From Antedon mediterranea (lineage: Eukaryota > Animalia > Echinodermata): a stretch of DNA of 64,000 nt. A program made the position numbers and the translations under genes. Below the pieces are notes generated by a model that worked only from the letters and a program-made list of their open reading frames with translations, ran no database searches and had not been told where the DNA came from. Positions 23,699 to 35,784 of this stretch are shown here, piece by piece. Location: positions 6,053,888 through 6,117,887 of the forward strand of contig NC_092676.1 of the NCBI RefSeq assembly GCF_964355755.1, in the 5' to 3' direction. Numbering within the stretch: the stretch's first letter is position 1; every line of letters begins with the position of its first letter.

Positions 23699-25315
23699 CA
23701 GTACCACATATAATCTTCAGGATTCACTAGTTAAGTACCGTAGTATTCTCATATCATACAGAAAAAAATATTTGAATTTTAAATAATTTAATAAAGCATA
23801 AATATTCATTTTAGGTAATTAGACAGTACAACCCTTCCTTTGAAGACTACTGAAGAAACACCTCTATTAACGGGACATTTAATACATGTTTTACTAATTA
23901 ACATTGACTAACCCTTATTTAGAGGACATTCCTATTAAGGTGAAACTTTGTTCAGTCCTGAAGGTGTCCCCTTATTAAAGGTCTTAATGTGTATTTTAAA
24001 AGACTTACTCATTCAGTAATTATAGAAACATTTGATATCAAATAGAAAAAAATGTCAAAATTATTTCATATCAGAATAAGTTTCAAACTTATTCTTAGAC
24101 ACTGATTTAAAAATTATTTTTAGTAAAAGTATTATTTTCAGTAGATGTGTTAGCGACCAAATTAATAGTGACATTATTTGCATTCATGTCACAGATAAGG
24201 TAATTCAATGAAAAATGATTCGACAGAAGTAAAGCACTGGTTCAAAGGTCAAACATTACCTATCACTAGTTCCCACTCTTTCTGTATAAAATGTCACCAA
24301 AGTTGTCACAATCGTCTGCTGAGTGCCGATAGAGGGCTCTTGTGTTATCAGAGTTGTCTGTTAGCAGGAAAATCATGTTAATTGAAATTGATAGTTTATT
24401 TTTCACGTACTGATTTTGTGTTTAAAAAGTGATTCATGTTTAGAGTGACATTGAATATTATTATTTTACAAAGAAAAACACTTTAAGCTAAGTGTAGTAA
24501 AGTTAATTTTATTAAAAATATATTTCAGTACCGGTAATATTAATTTTTTTTTTTGTTGGTAAAGCTCAAATTGAAGATTTTTAAAACTTTAATAGAGTAA
24601 TACTGAAGAAAACTGTTTTACTTTTAAAAACACACTTTTTTTGTGAAGGATAATATATTTATGTTAATACATTTTTCCTAATTTATTTCAGTAATTTAAG
24701 AATATAAGTTTTGTTAAACTTCAAAATGAATGTGAAGTTTAATTGAAAAATTGCTAATAATTTACATAAGATAAAATATATTCCAATAAATTTGTTTTAA
24801 TGGAATGAAAAATGAACGAATTTTTTGTTTTTTTTTAATATATAGGTGTATATTAAAATACAACGTAACATGAATATTTAGAAAAATATTTATGGGAATT
24901 TTATGATATCAGTATTAGCTTAAACTGCATTTCATAATAACTACCGTATATGAGAAGTACTGTATCGTATGAACCTAAGTTAATTTTACTTTTAAAAACT
25001 ACTATAGTACTATATTTTGCTACAGTATAAAGTGCCTAGACACATGTTGCTGTTATGAGTCAATGTACTTGACTGGATGTGCTAATTATTATTTTGTTTT
25101 AATTTATTTTATTGTAAATCAATAATTTAAATTAGAAGTCTTAATTAAAACTGTTAATATAATAGATTATATTAGAGATATACTGCCCGTTCCCCAAATT
25201 ATTGTATTTATTTTTTTAATAGTCCATTTTAATGTCCCATAACAATTCACTTTGACCATAAACTGGATCAGAAACAAATTATAGAATTAAATTTTACTGC
25301 TTAATTTGTCTATAT

Positions 25316-25512
25316 TTGTCTACACTATCAAACTGGTTTGAAAAAAAAGTGTGATGTGCCCAAATATGGTAGTCATATTCCCAAATATGGTAAGTCATAT
25401 TCCCAAATATGGTAGTGATATTCCCAAATATGATAGTGATATGACATCATGTCCATATATGGGTACATCACATTTTTGTTGTCACAAAGTTTGATAGTGT
25501 AGAGACCGAGCT
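25316..25512. mobile_element. MITE family A with expanded internal subrepeat
   Basis: Tandem CCCAAATATGGTAGT units between the TIR arms. Confidence 0.75.
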
Positions 25513-26444
25513 CAAGTGAAATCATTATTTTTCTTGGAAGTAAATAAAATAAGTATTTTAAGAATTATTTGTGATTAGATTTCAGCAATAAACTATGAAA
25601 GTACTTAAAGCAATGTATAAATAATAAATGTATTGACTATCAATTGTAAATAATTCTTTTAATGCAGTAAAAAAAATGTCTTCCCAAAAATAAAAACATA
25701 CTAAACTCAAGAAATCATCTGAAAAATCTACAAAAGTATCCTTTAGTTTTTCCAAAAAGTTTGTAACTTGTATGTAATTAAATTTAATTCGAATAGCCTG
25801 TAACGTTGATAAAGTCTAAAATACCGTATGATTTTGTTCATGATAATTCTTTTTGGCGACGTGACACAACAAAAAAAGATAAAGATTCAACAGATTGTAA
25901 AACATCTTTGATAAGAAGAATTCCCCCAAGAGAGAAAAACTGAACAAGCTAATAATTGTTGTGTAAGTATCAACAGAATATTTTTTCTAGGTTAAGATTC
26001 ATATATAGTATTACTATCATACCTTGATTTTACAGTATGTTTAAAAATGATACCGTAGGGTGATCATCTTAGTGCCTGACTAATGCGACATTAGCTTACT
26101 TTTTTAAGCCAAGTCTCTTGAATGTTACTTTGCCCTTTTACAAGTTGTTGCATAATCTCCGAACATAACTTGAAATGAACCTGATTAAAATAGACATTAT
26201 GGGCGACCGCTCTTTGTCCATTGGGAACATACTCAGTCGTTTGAACTTTCCGTCCAGTACATTACAAAATATATACATTACTATGCCAATGTTTACATTT
26301 AAAGCAATATGCATTTATAATTATTAAATAAAAAAGCTACTTCTATTATTAATTTAGGTCCTACCTTTCTTCTTATCTCCACCCCTACCACATCATACAG
26401 GTAATACAGTAGTATCTGGTTGGCCAATTGTCTAAAATATAATC

Positions 26445-26698
26445 TTGCGCATGCGTAATTTATTCATAAACTTTATTTGTGACGTACACCCTACCAGCAG
26501 CCAGAGAGAGCAGACGATCTGGCTGATCGAGTGATTTCGACACGTGATACACACAAACACATTCCGCGTGCGTGTCTAGTCTGAATATTAACGACGTCAA
26601 ATCGACAAATCAAAGTTAACAAATTTAAATGTTTAAGCCAAATAAGAAGTATAGGCCTAGTGGATTTATTTCCCCAACAACGAAATCAATGAAGCGTC
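26445..26698 (+). promoter_or_regulatory. Orphan promoter plus putative non-coding first exon
   Basis: TGCGCATGCG (NRF1-like), GTGACGTA (CRE-like) and CACGTG in a CpG-rich patch; donor GTC|GTAAGT at 26698/26699; followed by a TAGGCCTAG-rich tract like those in the 5' introns of PACRG and IBTK. Confidence 0.45.
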
Positions 26699-26759
26699 GT
26701 AAGTGTGTTATGCATATCTTATGGTTATGAACAATGCAAACAAACAACTAAAGGAGCAC

Positions 26760-27375
26760 AACAACTAGGCTAGGCCTAGGCCGTAGCTAGGCTTATTAGC
26801 CTCACTCAGTCTAATTAAAGTCTAGCCTAGTATAGGCTCCCAGGCCTACCTAGACCTAGTAGTAGTAGTAGGCCTACCTATCTTTTATACGCCCGTTCCT
26901 AGACACCAATGTAGCCCAACTACTAGTACTAGCTATCAATTAAGCCGAAAAGCCTACCGATTATAAATATTATTTAATTGATATATAGACCAGCGCTATT
27001 TTAAAGGCTAGTGTAGATAGGCCTAGCCTAGCTAGGCCTAGGTACTACTAATACTCTACTACTAGTTAGTAGTAGGCCTAGGCTAGTAATAGTATATACT
27101 ATAGTACTAGGCTAGACCTAGTAGTGGCAGCTATCTACCATCTAGGCCTAGATAGATTTATATAGGCACGTAAAAGTAGCCTTACTTATGCCTGTGCCTA
27201 GCTAGTGTAGGCTAATAAAATATGTGTGTACTATCTCTCTACTCTATCTAGAGTTGGTAGTACTATAGGCTAGGAGGTATGCCTAGGCTATATTGGAGCC
27301 ACGGGAGGCCTGATGCTAGGCTAACTAGGCTAGTAGTAGTCAGTACTAGGCTTACTTGGTATTGCACTAGGCCAG
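26760..27375. repeat. CTAG/TAGGCCTA low-complexity tract
   Basis: Dense CTAG, AGGCCT and TAGTAG words. Confidence 0.75.
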
Positions 27376-28904
27376 GTGTAGGCAGAGTGAAAATTATAAT
27401 AAATGTTTATTTATATTTAGAACATGCGCACTTTATAAATAATAATAAGTCTCTTTTTTTTTACGCGGACCTTATTTTTGACCGGTGTGCTTTTTTGGTC
27501 AGTTACATCAGTAGTCTGAGGATCCGCGTGTCTGCTATTATTTAGTAGGCCTAGTGTCTTGTTGAATTCATCTGGGAGGGAAAATTTTAAATGTTTTGAC
27601 AAAGTTACATATTTAATCATCGTCAAGTTGTGAATTTCAAATTAACTAAAGTGAAAGTCAGACAGACCTTTGTCCAATACAGTACTTTTAAATACTTCAT
27701 TTAATGACAACTATGTTTGCATGTAAATTGCTGATAAGGTTACTTAACTGTTGTTAATAGTTAAATGTCCATTGAAATAATACTACTATATATTACAATG
27801 CCATAACAATAATCCTTTGCTTACAATATTCCAAAAGCCGTGTGGATCTGCAAGATTCTAAAATTATTATTTTTTAAATGATGGTGCCTCCTGTCCTCTT
27901 TTAAATTAATAACGTTATTTATATTAAAACCTCATTATATAACTAATCCTGAAAATTTTTTTTCCATCAAATTATAGTAGGAACTTAATGTACAGTAAAG
28001 TATTGTATATTGTTCAGTTACTTGTCACGCTTGTTCAAATCGCAATCATAACAGTACGTACATTTCTATGCGAGAAAATCTATTCTAGGCCTATATAATA
28101 ATAAAATCACCGTTATTATTTGATTTTTAACACTTAAAACTCGTTCAATTAGTTGTCTTTCACGATAAATAATACCTAAAAGTAACAAAAAGAGAGGCTA
28201 ATTAAGACTGTTTTAAGACTCTTTCGAGTATAGGCTTTAATTTTTTATTTAATTTTTAAGACCGCTTTATAGGCCTACAGGTTACACCGCGGTATAGCAA
28301 TGGTCTATAATAAATTGTAATTTAAACATTATTACAATACCCTCTTTATTTCATCAGAGATACAGGTATATAAGAGGTATATCCAAATAAAATTACCACC
28401 CAGAATGACACCCCTTAGCCTAGATAACCCTTCCGACCTAGCCTAGTAAGCAGTATGTGAGTGACTTAAATCAATAAATTAAAGCAATTAATATTGAAAT
28501 GTTGATATTTTTTATTAATTATATACAAAGCGCACCTGCTTCAACTAATTAAATATTTATTGTAGTAAGTACGGTATTATTTGTTAATCGTAACAGATAC
28601 TGTAGCATATTATTATTATTACCTCTTTGCTTTTCATGTTTACTTAATAACCCATTCCATACGGAATCCAATTGATCAAATGTGTACTATTTCCTAATGC
28701 TATAATAATCATAATTTTTTTCCGCGGATACTGTTATTTTTTTTTTATCAAGTTCCTTTTTTGTCTAACCCTTCCTTCTGTTTTTCTCCCTTTTTGCTTA
28801 ATCTTGGATTTTGTATTGTCTTTTTGAAACGTACATTGTCATTAGTAACGTATCATTTGTGTATTTTTACAATGTGTTTATCTCTAGCCAAGTTAGCTTT
28901 CCCT

Positions 28905-29020
28905 AAGTCTGTAGTTGTTATGTTAGTCCACCAGTCGGCGTTCCGATTTTTTGTCTAAATTGTGAGCTCAAATATTATACGTATGAAACGCCATAAGTGC
29001 CAAATCTTTTTACTAATTTC
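28905..29020 (+). repeat. Dispersed repeat family K (copies also at ~57812-57933 plus and ~62620-62760 minus)
   Basis: Shared CCAGTCGGCGTT.CGATTTTT..GAGCTC.AAT..TATACGTATG..ACGCCAT..GTGCCAAA. Confidence 0.65.
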
Positions 29021-29332
29021 GGTCTAAGAACATGCACTATCCTATTGTAAGCGTTTTATAGTGTTCAAGAAGAATTTGTAATGGCGACGGTCAGATGTTT
29101 GCCTACCTATTGTTCGTACCTTTTTTGTGTCAACATCGTAGTATAAATAATTGCTTATTTTTTAATTAATCATATCAAAGCTTCCCAAATGATTGATTAG
29201 ATATTATTTTGGATACATTTATCAGTAAATATTTATTTTCTTAATTAATTAATTAATTTAAAAAAGAGAGATATTGCTGATCTTTGTTAAAACAAGGCCT
29301 GGTAAAAACCCCACCTGGCGTGTTGTAGGCTC

Positions 29333-29422
29333 TATAAAAGTAGACCCGTCTAGATCAGTCTTCACAGCATACTTGCCGGTTACTACGAACGGTTTCATCT
29401 ACACATAACTACGAATAGTAAG
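29333..29422 (+). promoter_or_regulatory. TATA box and non-coding exon 1 of the secreted polyprotein gene
   Basis: TATAAAAG at 29333-29340, Inr-like TCAGTC at 29355-29360, donor AAG|GTAAGT at 29422/29423, matching acceptor TTTCTTCAACAG| at 30192, 7 nt before the ATG. Confidence 0.7.
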
Positions 29423-29531
29423 GTAAGTTTTTTTTATTATTATTATTTACTAATCAGTAGTAGGCCTATGTGAACAATTGAGCAAATTTACAAGAGTTAA
29501 CAAAAATCGCCGCAACCAAGATTGAACTAAT

Positions 29532-29780
29532 GCTTGGTTCCCACTAGGACACAACGCAAGGACGTAAGCGCAACGCAAGTCATTTGACCTAATTATTCGA
29601 ATTGTCGCTTGTCTTTGGTTAACTCGCTTACGTTGCTACGCCCTTGCCTTTCGTATTCGGAGTCAGAAGCAAGCTTAAGTTGCCCACTAATCACGACGAG
29701 ATGGATTATCCGAACTAGTTGCTTGTGATTGGTCAACTCACATGCGTTGCGCCTACGTACTGTAGTTGCGTTACGTCCAA
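29532..29780. mobile_element. Degenerate MITE family B-related copies in the intron of the polyprotein gene
   Basis: GCTTGGTTCCCACTAG, ACGCAAGGACGTAA and CTTGTGATTGGTCAA blocks. Confidence 0.6.
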
Positions 29781-30199
29781 TCTTTAAACTCGTTGCAGGA
29801 TGCTACACCCGATTATCTGTATTGTATTTCCAGATACAGTAGTCATTAGTTATTTAATTATAGAAAAGGCATTTAAATTACCGGCTGGGAAATAAAACAC
29901 AATAATTGTGGTTTGTTTCCTAAGCTTTTTACCATTAATTCTTGTTATACGTTAGTAAAATTGTATGCAAAGATTATTACTGATTGGTGACTTGTTATAC
30001 AGAGTTAGGGTTAAATAAGCCACAGTAGGCCTACCATTCACACTTGGTACATACGGAACGGAAGACTGCGCCCATTTGTTATGTAGGGTATATCATGTCT
30101 AAATTGAAGCAGCCCATTACAAAATAATACCGATCATATATCGGGTGATTGTGTACAACATATAGTTATATTTGTATTATTTTCTTCAACAGAAAGGCA

Positions 30200-31969
30200 A
30201 TGATGAACAAGATATTACTGGCGTTACTTCCATTCTTGGCTATAAGCTGTGCCTTTTATATCAATGCAGACAATTCTGGACCACTTCGTCCCATTCCAGG
30301 AGGACCATGTCGTCCATCATCTGAAGGACCACGACCAGAAGAGCCTGCCGTAGAGACGAAGCGTCAAGAACCCGAACGACCAGAAGGCCCAGAAGAACCA
30401 CGTGATGATACCGATAGACCACGCCCACCAAGACCTAATCCCGATGGACGACCACGTCCTGCCAATTCCGGAGAAGAGCCTGCCGTAGAGACAAAGCGTC
30501 AAGAACCCGAACGACCAGAAGGCAGTACAGAAGAGCAACGTGGTGATGGCGATAGACCACGCCCACCAAGACCTAATCCCGATGGACGACCACGTCCTGC
30601 CAATTCCAGAGAAGAGCCTGCCGAAGAGACGAAGCGTCAAGAACCCGAACGACCAGCAGGCAGTACAGAAGAGCAACGTGGTGATGGCGATAGACCACGC
30701 CCACCAAGACCTAATCCCGATGGACGACCACGTCCTGCCAATTCAAGAGAAGAGCCTGCCGAAGAGACGAAGCGTCAAGAACCCGAACGACCAGAAGGCA
30801 GTACAGAAGAGCAACGTGGTGATGGCGATAGACCACGCCCACCAAGACCTAATCCCGATGGACGACCACGTCCTGCCAATTCCAGAGAAGAGCCTGCCGA
30901 AGAGACGAAGCGTCAAGAACCCGAACGACCAGCAGGCAGTACAGAAGAGCAACGTGGTGATGGCGATAGACCACGCCCACCAAGACCTAATCCCGATGGA
31001 CGACCACGTCCTGCCAATTCCAGAGAAGAGCCTGCCGAAGAGACGAAGCGTCAAGAACCCGAACGACCAGAAGGCAGTACAGAAGAGCAACGTGGTGATG
31101 GCGATAGACCACGCCCACCAAGACCTAATCCCGATGGACGACCACGTCCTGCCAATTCCAGAGAAGAGCCTGCCGAAGAGACGAAGCGTCAAGAACCCGA
31201 ACGACCAGAAGGCCCAGAAGAACCACGTGATGATACCGATAGACCACGCCCACCAAGACCTAATCCCGATGGACGACCATGTCCTGCCAATTCCGGAGAA
31301 GAGCCTGCCGTAGAGACAAAGCGTCAAGAACCCGAACGACCAGAAGGCAGTACAGAAGAGCAACGTGGTGATGGCGATAGACCACGCCCACCAAGACCTA
31401 ATCCCGATGGACGACCACGTCCTGCCAATTCCAGAGAAGAGCCTGCCGAAGAGACGAAGCGTCAAGAACCCGAACGACCAGAAGGCCCAGAAGAACCACG
31501 TGATGATACCGATAGACCACGCCCACCAAGACCTAATCCCGATGGACGACCACGTCCTGCCAATTCCGGAGAAGAGCCTGCCGTAGAGATGAAACGTCAA
31601 GAACCCGAACGACCAGAAGGCCCAGAAGAACCACGTGATGATACCGATAGACCACGCCCACCAAGACCTAATCCCGATGGACGACCACGTCCTGCCAATT
31701 CCAGAGAAGAGCCTGCCGTAGAGACAAAGCGTCAAGAACCCGAACAACCAGCAGGCAGTACAGAAGAGCAACGTGGTGATGGCGATAGACCACGCCCACC
31801 AAGACCTAATCCCGATGGACGACCACGTCCTGCCAATTCCAGAGAAGAGCCTGCCGAAGAGACGAAGCGTCAAGAACCCGAACGACCAGAAGGCCCAGAA
31901 GAACCACGTGATGATACCGATAGACCACGTCGACCAAGACCTAATCCTGATGAACGTCCTGAAATTTAA
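30200..31969 (+). CDS. Secreted multi-copy peptide precursor, 589 aa: signal peptide plus 12 KR-flanked Pro/Arg/Glu-rich repeat peptides
   Basis: ATG at 30200 just after a splice acceptor. N-terminus MMNKILLALLPFLAISCAFYINA looks like a signal peptide. Twelve KR|Q sites are spaced 45-46 aa apart (135/138-nt repeats). Stop at 31967-31969; AATAAA near 32003 and 32038. Confidence 0.85.
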   Translation: MMNKILLALLPFLAISCAFYINADNSGPLRPIPGGPCRPSSEGPRPEEPAVETKRQEPERPEGPEEPRDDTDRPRPPRPNPDGRPRPANSGEEPAVETKRQEPERPEGSTEEQRGDGDRPRPPRPNPDGRPRPANSREEPAEETKRQEPERPAGSTEEQRGDGDRPRPPRPNPDGRPRPANSREEPAEETKRQEPERPEGSTEEQRGDGDRPRPPRPNPDGRPRPANSREEPAEETKRQEPERPAGSTEEQRGDGDRPRPPRPNPDGRPRPANSREEPAEETKRQEPERPEGSTEEQRGDGDRPRPPRPNPDGRPRPANSREEPAEETKRQEPERPEGPEEPRDDTDRPRPPRPNPDGRPCPANSGEEPAVETKRQEPERPEGSTEEQRGDGDRPRPPRPNPDGRPRPANSREEPAEETKRQEPERPEGPEEPRDDTDRPRPPRPNPDGRPRPANSGEEPAVEMKRQEPERPEGPEEPRDDTDRPRPPRPNPDGRPRPANSREEPAVETKRQEPEQPAGSTEEQRGDGDRPRPPRPNPDGRPRPANSREEPAEETKRQEPERPEGPEEPRDDTDRPRRPRPNPDERPEI

Positions 31970-32904
31970 ATTAAAATTGATGTAAAATGATTTGATAATG
32001 ATAATAAAGCACAGTCATTTAATCAATTAATTTAATCAATAAATTACCTTACATATATTATTAATTTAGTTATTATTTGTTTTTGACGTAATGTCTATTC
32101 AATTAAATAAATGACGCAAACGTATATTTTACTGTATTCTTTGATTCAATATTAGAGAGCTTTCAATTTTGTGACGACCTAGAATTGACTGTGTTACTAA
32201 GGAAATCTATCAACAGGATGCTGAGAGCTCAGGAGATCAAAGGGTTTTTCTGCAGTGGCTGCGACACAATCAGTTTCACGCCCCTTAATAGGCACCGCGG
32301 AGAATATGCACATAGTACAGTACTGTTGGTATTTGTCGCAGCCAGACATAAGATCAATGGACTGTTACGAGTTCCTATATTGACAAGGCGAGCTTAGTGT
32401 CCTGTTTTAGATTGCCTCTGTTGATCCCCGTAACTTTAACGATCGACAATAAAAAATGTCCGGAAATCATGATATTCTATCCCTTATTCGGTATTTCCAA
32501 AATAATTCAAATCAGTAACTCGGTAAATCAGAAGGTACGTCACTATACGCGCGCTAATTTGATGACCAATCACAAACGACAGTTAAATGAATCGTCGTTT
32601 GTAATAAACGTACGCGTGTCTTTGTCTTGTGATAACCAAGCTGAATGTATGGAATGTAGTCCTGGCAAAAATTAACTATGACTGATGAATTGGGTTTAGA
32701 ATTATTATGGTATCTGAATTCTTACGACAATCGCGTTTCATAGTTGTTCATTAACTTCATGCAATGTATGAAAGACAGGTGTCCATGTTTAAGCATTGAC
32801 ATGGATGATGTAGAGGTAACATGTGTACATTTGGCAGTCAGTAACTCGAAGTCATTGTGAGTTAGTAAACCGCTAATATGCCTATATCGCTACTATCAGC
32901 CCAA

Positions 32905-33011
32905 AGCTCTGTCTACATTATCAAACTTTATGTGACATTGGGCACATCACTACCATAGTTGGGCACATCACACTTTTTTTGTCAAACTGGTTTGATAGTG
33001 CAGCCAGAGCT
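32905..33011. mobile_element. MITE family A
   Basis: Both TIRs present. Confidence 0.75.
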
Positions 33012-34855
33012 TTAGACTCATTGTGCCATTAAAAATAATGTTTAAAGGCATTAATTTAGCATGTTGTTTTTTGGTGCTCTAGCTCTACAATCATTATTTA
33101 GTTCCACTGGCCATCAGTTCATTATCGTTTAGAAGTCTTTCTGAATACACCACCTTTTTCCCCTAAAGATCCCGTTTATGCTTAGTTATTTAACCGGGTA
33201 ATTGTGGTGGGACCCGGGTAAAAACTAAGCCCGAAACATCTTCACTGTTATGTTGAAACCTAACAGAGTTAAGGGCTTGTTGAATAATCATCTTAATAAT
33301 TGTTGATGTGGACGAGGAATAGGCCCTAATATGTACGTCTGAACGTGTGGGTTAAGGAAATTACCAAGACATAATATTTGGCAGCAAATTAAAAATTGGA
33401 ATTAGACAAATCCGGAACTAATAATCGTCGTCACACCGGCGTTTTACAAATAGTTGGAACATTTCGCGACTCGACACGTAGTGACGCGTCCGGAACGTGT
33501 ATAATTAATATACTTACACGTGGGAAACGGTGGGAGAAGAAGCGTTATGTCTCCCATTAGGAAAAGTTGAGCCAAAAAAGGGAAGAAAAATATGATAATC
33601 GCATTTGCAGATCACGAGTACAATACATTTCACTTTCTCTTTTAAAACCACAAAGCATATACCATCACTGTAATAACAACAATAACAATTATTTTGATGC
33701 GAAAGACACATTGGTTTACTAATGAAAATGCTTATGAAAATGCTTATTGATTGATTGATCACTTTAGGCCTATTTCAGTATAAAAATTCCATATATACAA
33801 CAACCAATACAAAACGGAAGATCACACTTAAATAGAAAATAACTAAAATTTCTCGCCATTAATAAAGAGATTTGAAGATCGTAACAGATAGTTCGTAGTA
33901 CACTACCTACCTAACAAGATCATTTTCATTATTCAAAACTCTTATAAACCGATGCACTTGCAGGCATTCACTTGCGGACTTTATCTGATAGAAGACGTAA
34001 TCTATGCTATAAGTTTGCTCTGAATTGTTCAAAAAGTATTAATTTTGGAAAATGGTGAAGAATGTAAGTAACATGAAACTAAGACGTGTAAAGTATCAAC
34101 AACCCAAATGCAGGGTTGAAAGATATAGAAAATGTGCAATACCATACCTTACCTCGTTTATAAATGAATAATCATTATTATGTATCACCGAATATTCAGC
34201 GCAGTTTTTTGTTTCCTTTAATTCAATATTTTTAATGTCTATGTTAGTCTTATTGGTCCTTTTAGGTGTTTTTTTTAAATTTACTATTTTAAGCTAAACT
34301 TTTATAATGTTCCTGTATAGTTGGTGTCTATTGCATGCATCCTTTTTTAAATATTATTACCATTGGTTTTATACTTTTATACAAATTTTAATATTGAGAA
34401 TATGTAAATGTCTTTGTAATTCAGCTAAGGCTGTGATGACGATATTGAAATAAATGAAATGAAAAAAAAGATGGAATTCTCCTCTTGGCAAACATGTTAC
34501 TATAGCATTATGCTTAGGTAAGCCTAGCAACAATCTCAATGAGTTGGATCTTCCCCATTTAACACAAAACTGTTGCTGTGTTATGGGTCTCTGAAATCTG
34601 AAATAACGAGAAATAAACGATGTTGTGGTATTATTTATTTGGAGTTGACTGCCAAGCCTATATATCTCCATTTCAAATAAAAGAATCCTTAGTAAAAACC
34701 GTTTAGCTGCTTCCTGACGGTGGGAGACGCATTATTGTCTCCCATTAAGAAAAGTTGAGCCAACAAGAGGGAGAAAAATATGATAATCGTTTAGCTGCTC
34801 CCTCAGTTTTCTAATCTTTAAATGTTTGTTTACACATATTATGCCTACACCTTAA

Positions 34856-35029
34856 AGCTTGGTTCCCACTATAACGTAACGCAGGGACGTAAACGCAACG
34901 CAAGCGTGTTGACCAATCACAAGCGAAGTTATAGACAGTAAAGCTTGGTTCCCACTAGAACGTAACGCAAGGACGTAAACGCAACGCAAGCGTTTTAAAG
35001 CTTGGTTCCCACTAGAGCGTAACGCAAGG
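34856..35029. mobile_element. Three tandem truncated MITE family B left ends
   Basis: AAAGCTTGGTTCCCACTA..AACGCAAGG occurs three times with progressively shorter tails. Confidence 0.75.
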
Positions 35030-35667
35030 GCAACCAAACTTCTATCCACGCTTTATGCGAAATTAGACTACATATATATTTATGTTTATCTATATTTATG
35101 TCTAAGTTAAGCCAGCACATCGGCTTCCCTTAAATTTAGGTTACACACCATCTTGACTTGGTCAAACAAAGAATGAATAAAATATAATCAATCATCTTCA
35201 AGTGCAGGTCGCTAACATTTCTATGCTTTTCAAAATGTTGTCTGATATGCAAATGATTCATCTCTGACAGGTGGCGATATGTATTTTGCATAATTTCAAC
35301 AAAAGCACACGTGTAAATCATTCGTAGAATCGACGGCGTTACACAAGTGTAGTTAATTAATCAACACCAGTTAATATTACGTTTGAATATAAGTAGGCCC
35401 TCTAATTCACACTGAAAGAAAATAAATCATAATTATAAACATTGTCATACTCGGAATTAAAAATGTCTTATTTGAGATATGCGATCATTCAAGATAGACC
35501 GCTAACCCACAACCCTTTAATATCTCCCCACCTCAATTGTTTCAGTAACAGCTGAACTATTGTTTTTAATGGTTTAATCTAAATTTTCTTGGTTGTTTTT
35601 TTTTTAAAGAAAAGTGTAGGCATATAAATAAGACGATTAATAACCTGGAAATGGCTACGCCCACTAA

Positions 35668-35738
35668 AGGCCAATTTACACAGACGAGCGGTAAACGGTA
35701 ATAACAATATAGAATCTATGTTATTCCATTTATAGACC

Positions 35739-35784
<46 letters not shown>

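Noticed and set aside
30149-30199. N-terminal extension in the 606-aa ORF call
   Set aside because: It starts at a non-ATG codon inside the intron's polypyrimidine tract; the acceptor is at 30192 and the ATG at 30200.
30365-31966. C-terminal amidation at PDG-R in each repeat
   Set aside because: The Arg is followed by Pro, which blocks convertase cleavage, and no Gly precedes the KR sites.
30317-31985. Overlapping ORFs on the minus strand (376 aa, Trp-rich) and in the alternative plus frame
   Set aside because: Shadows of the in-frame coding repeat; no independent start context or splice signals.
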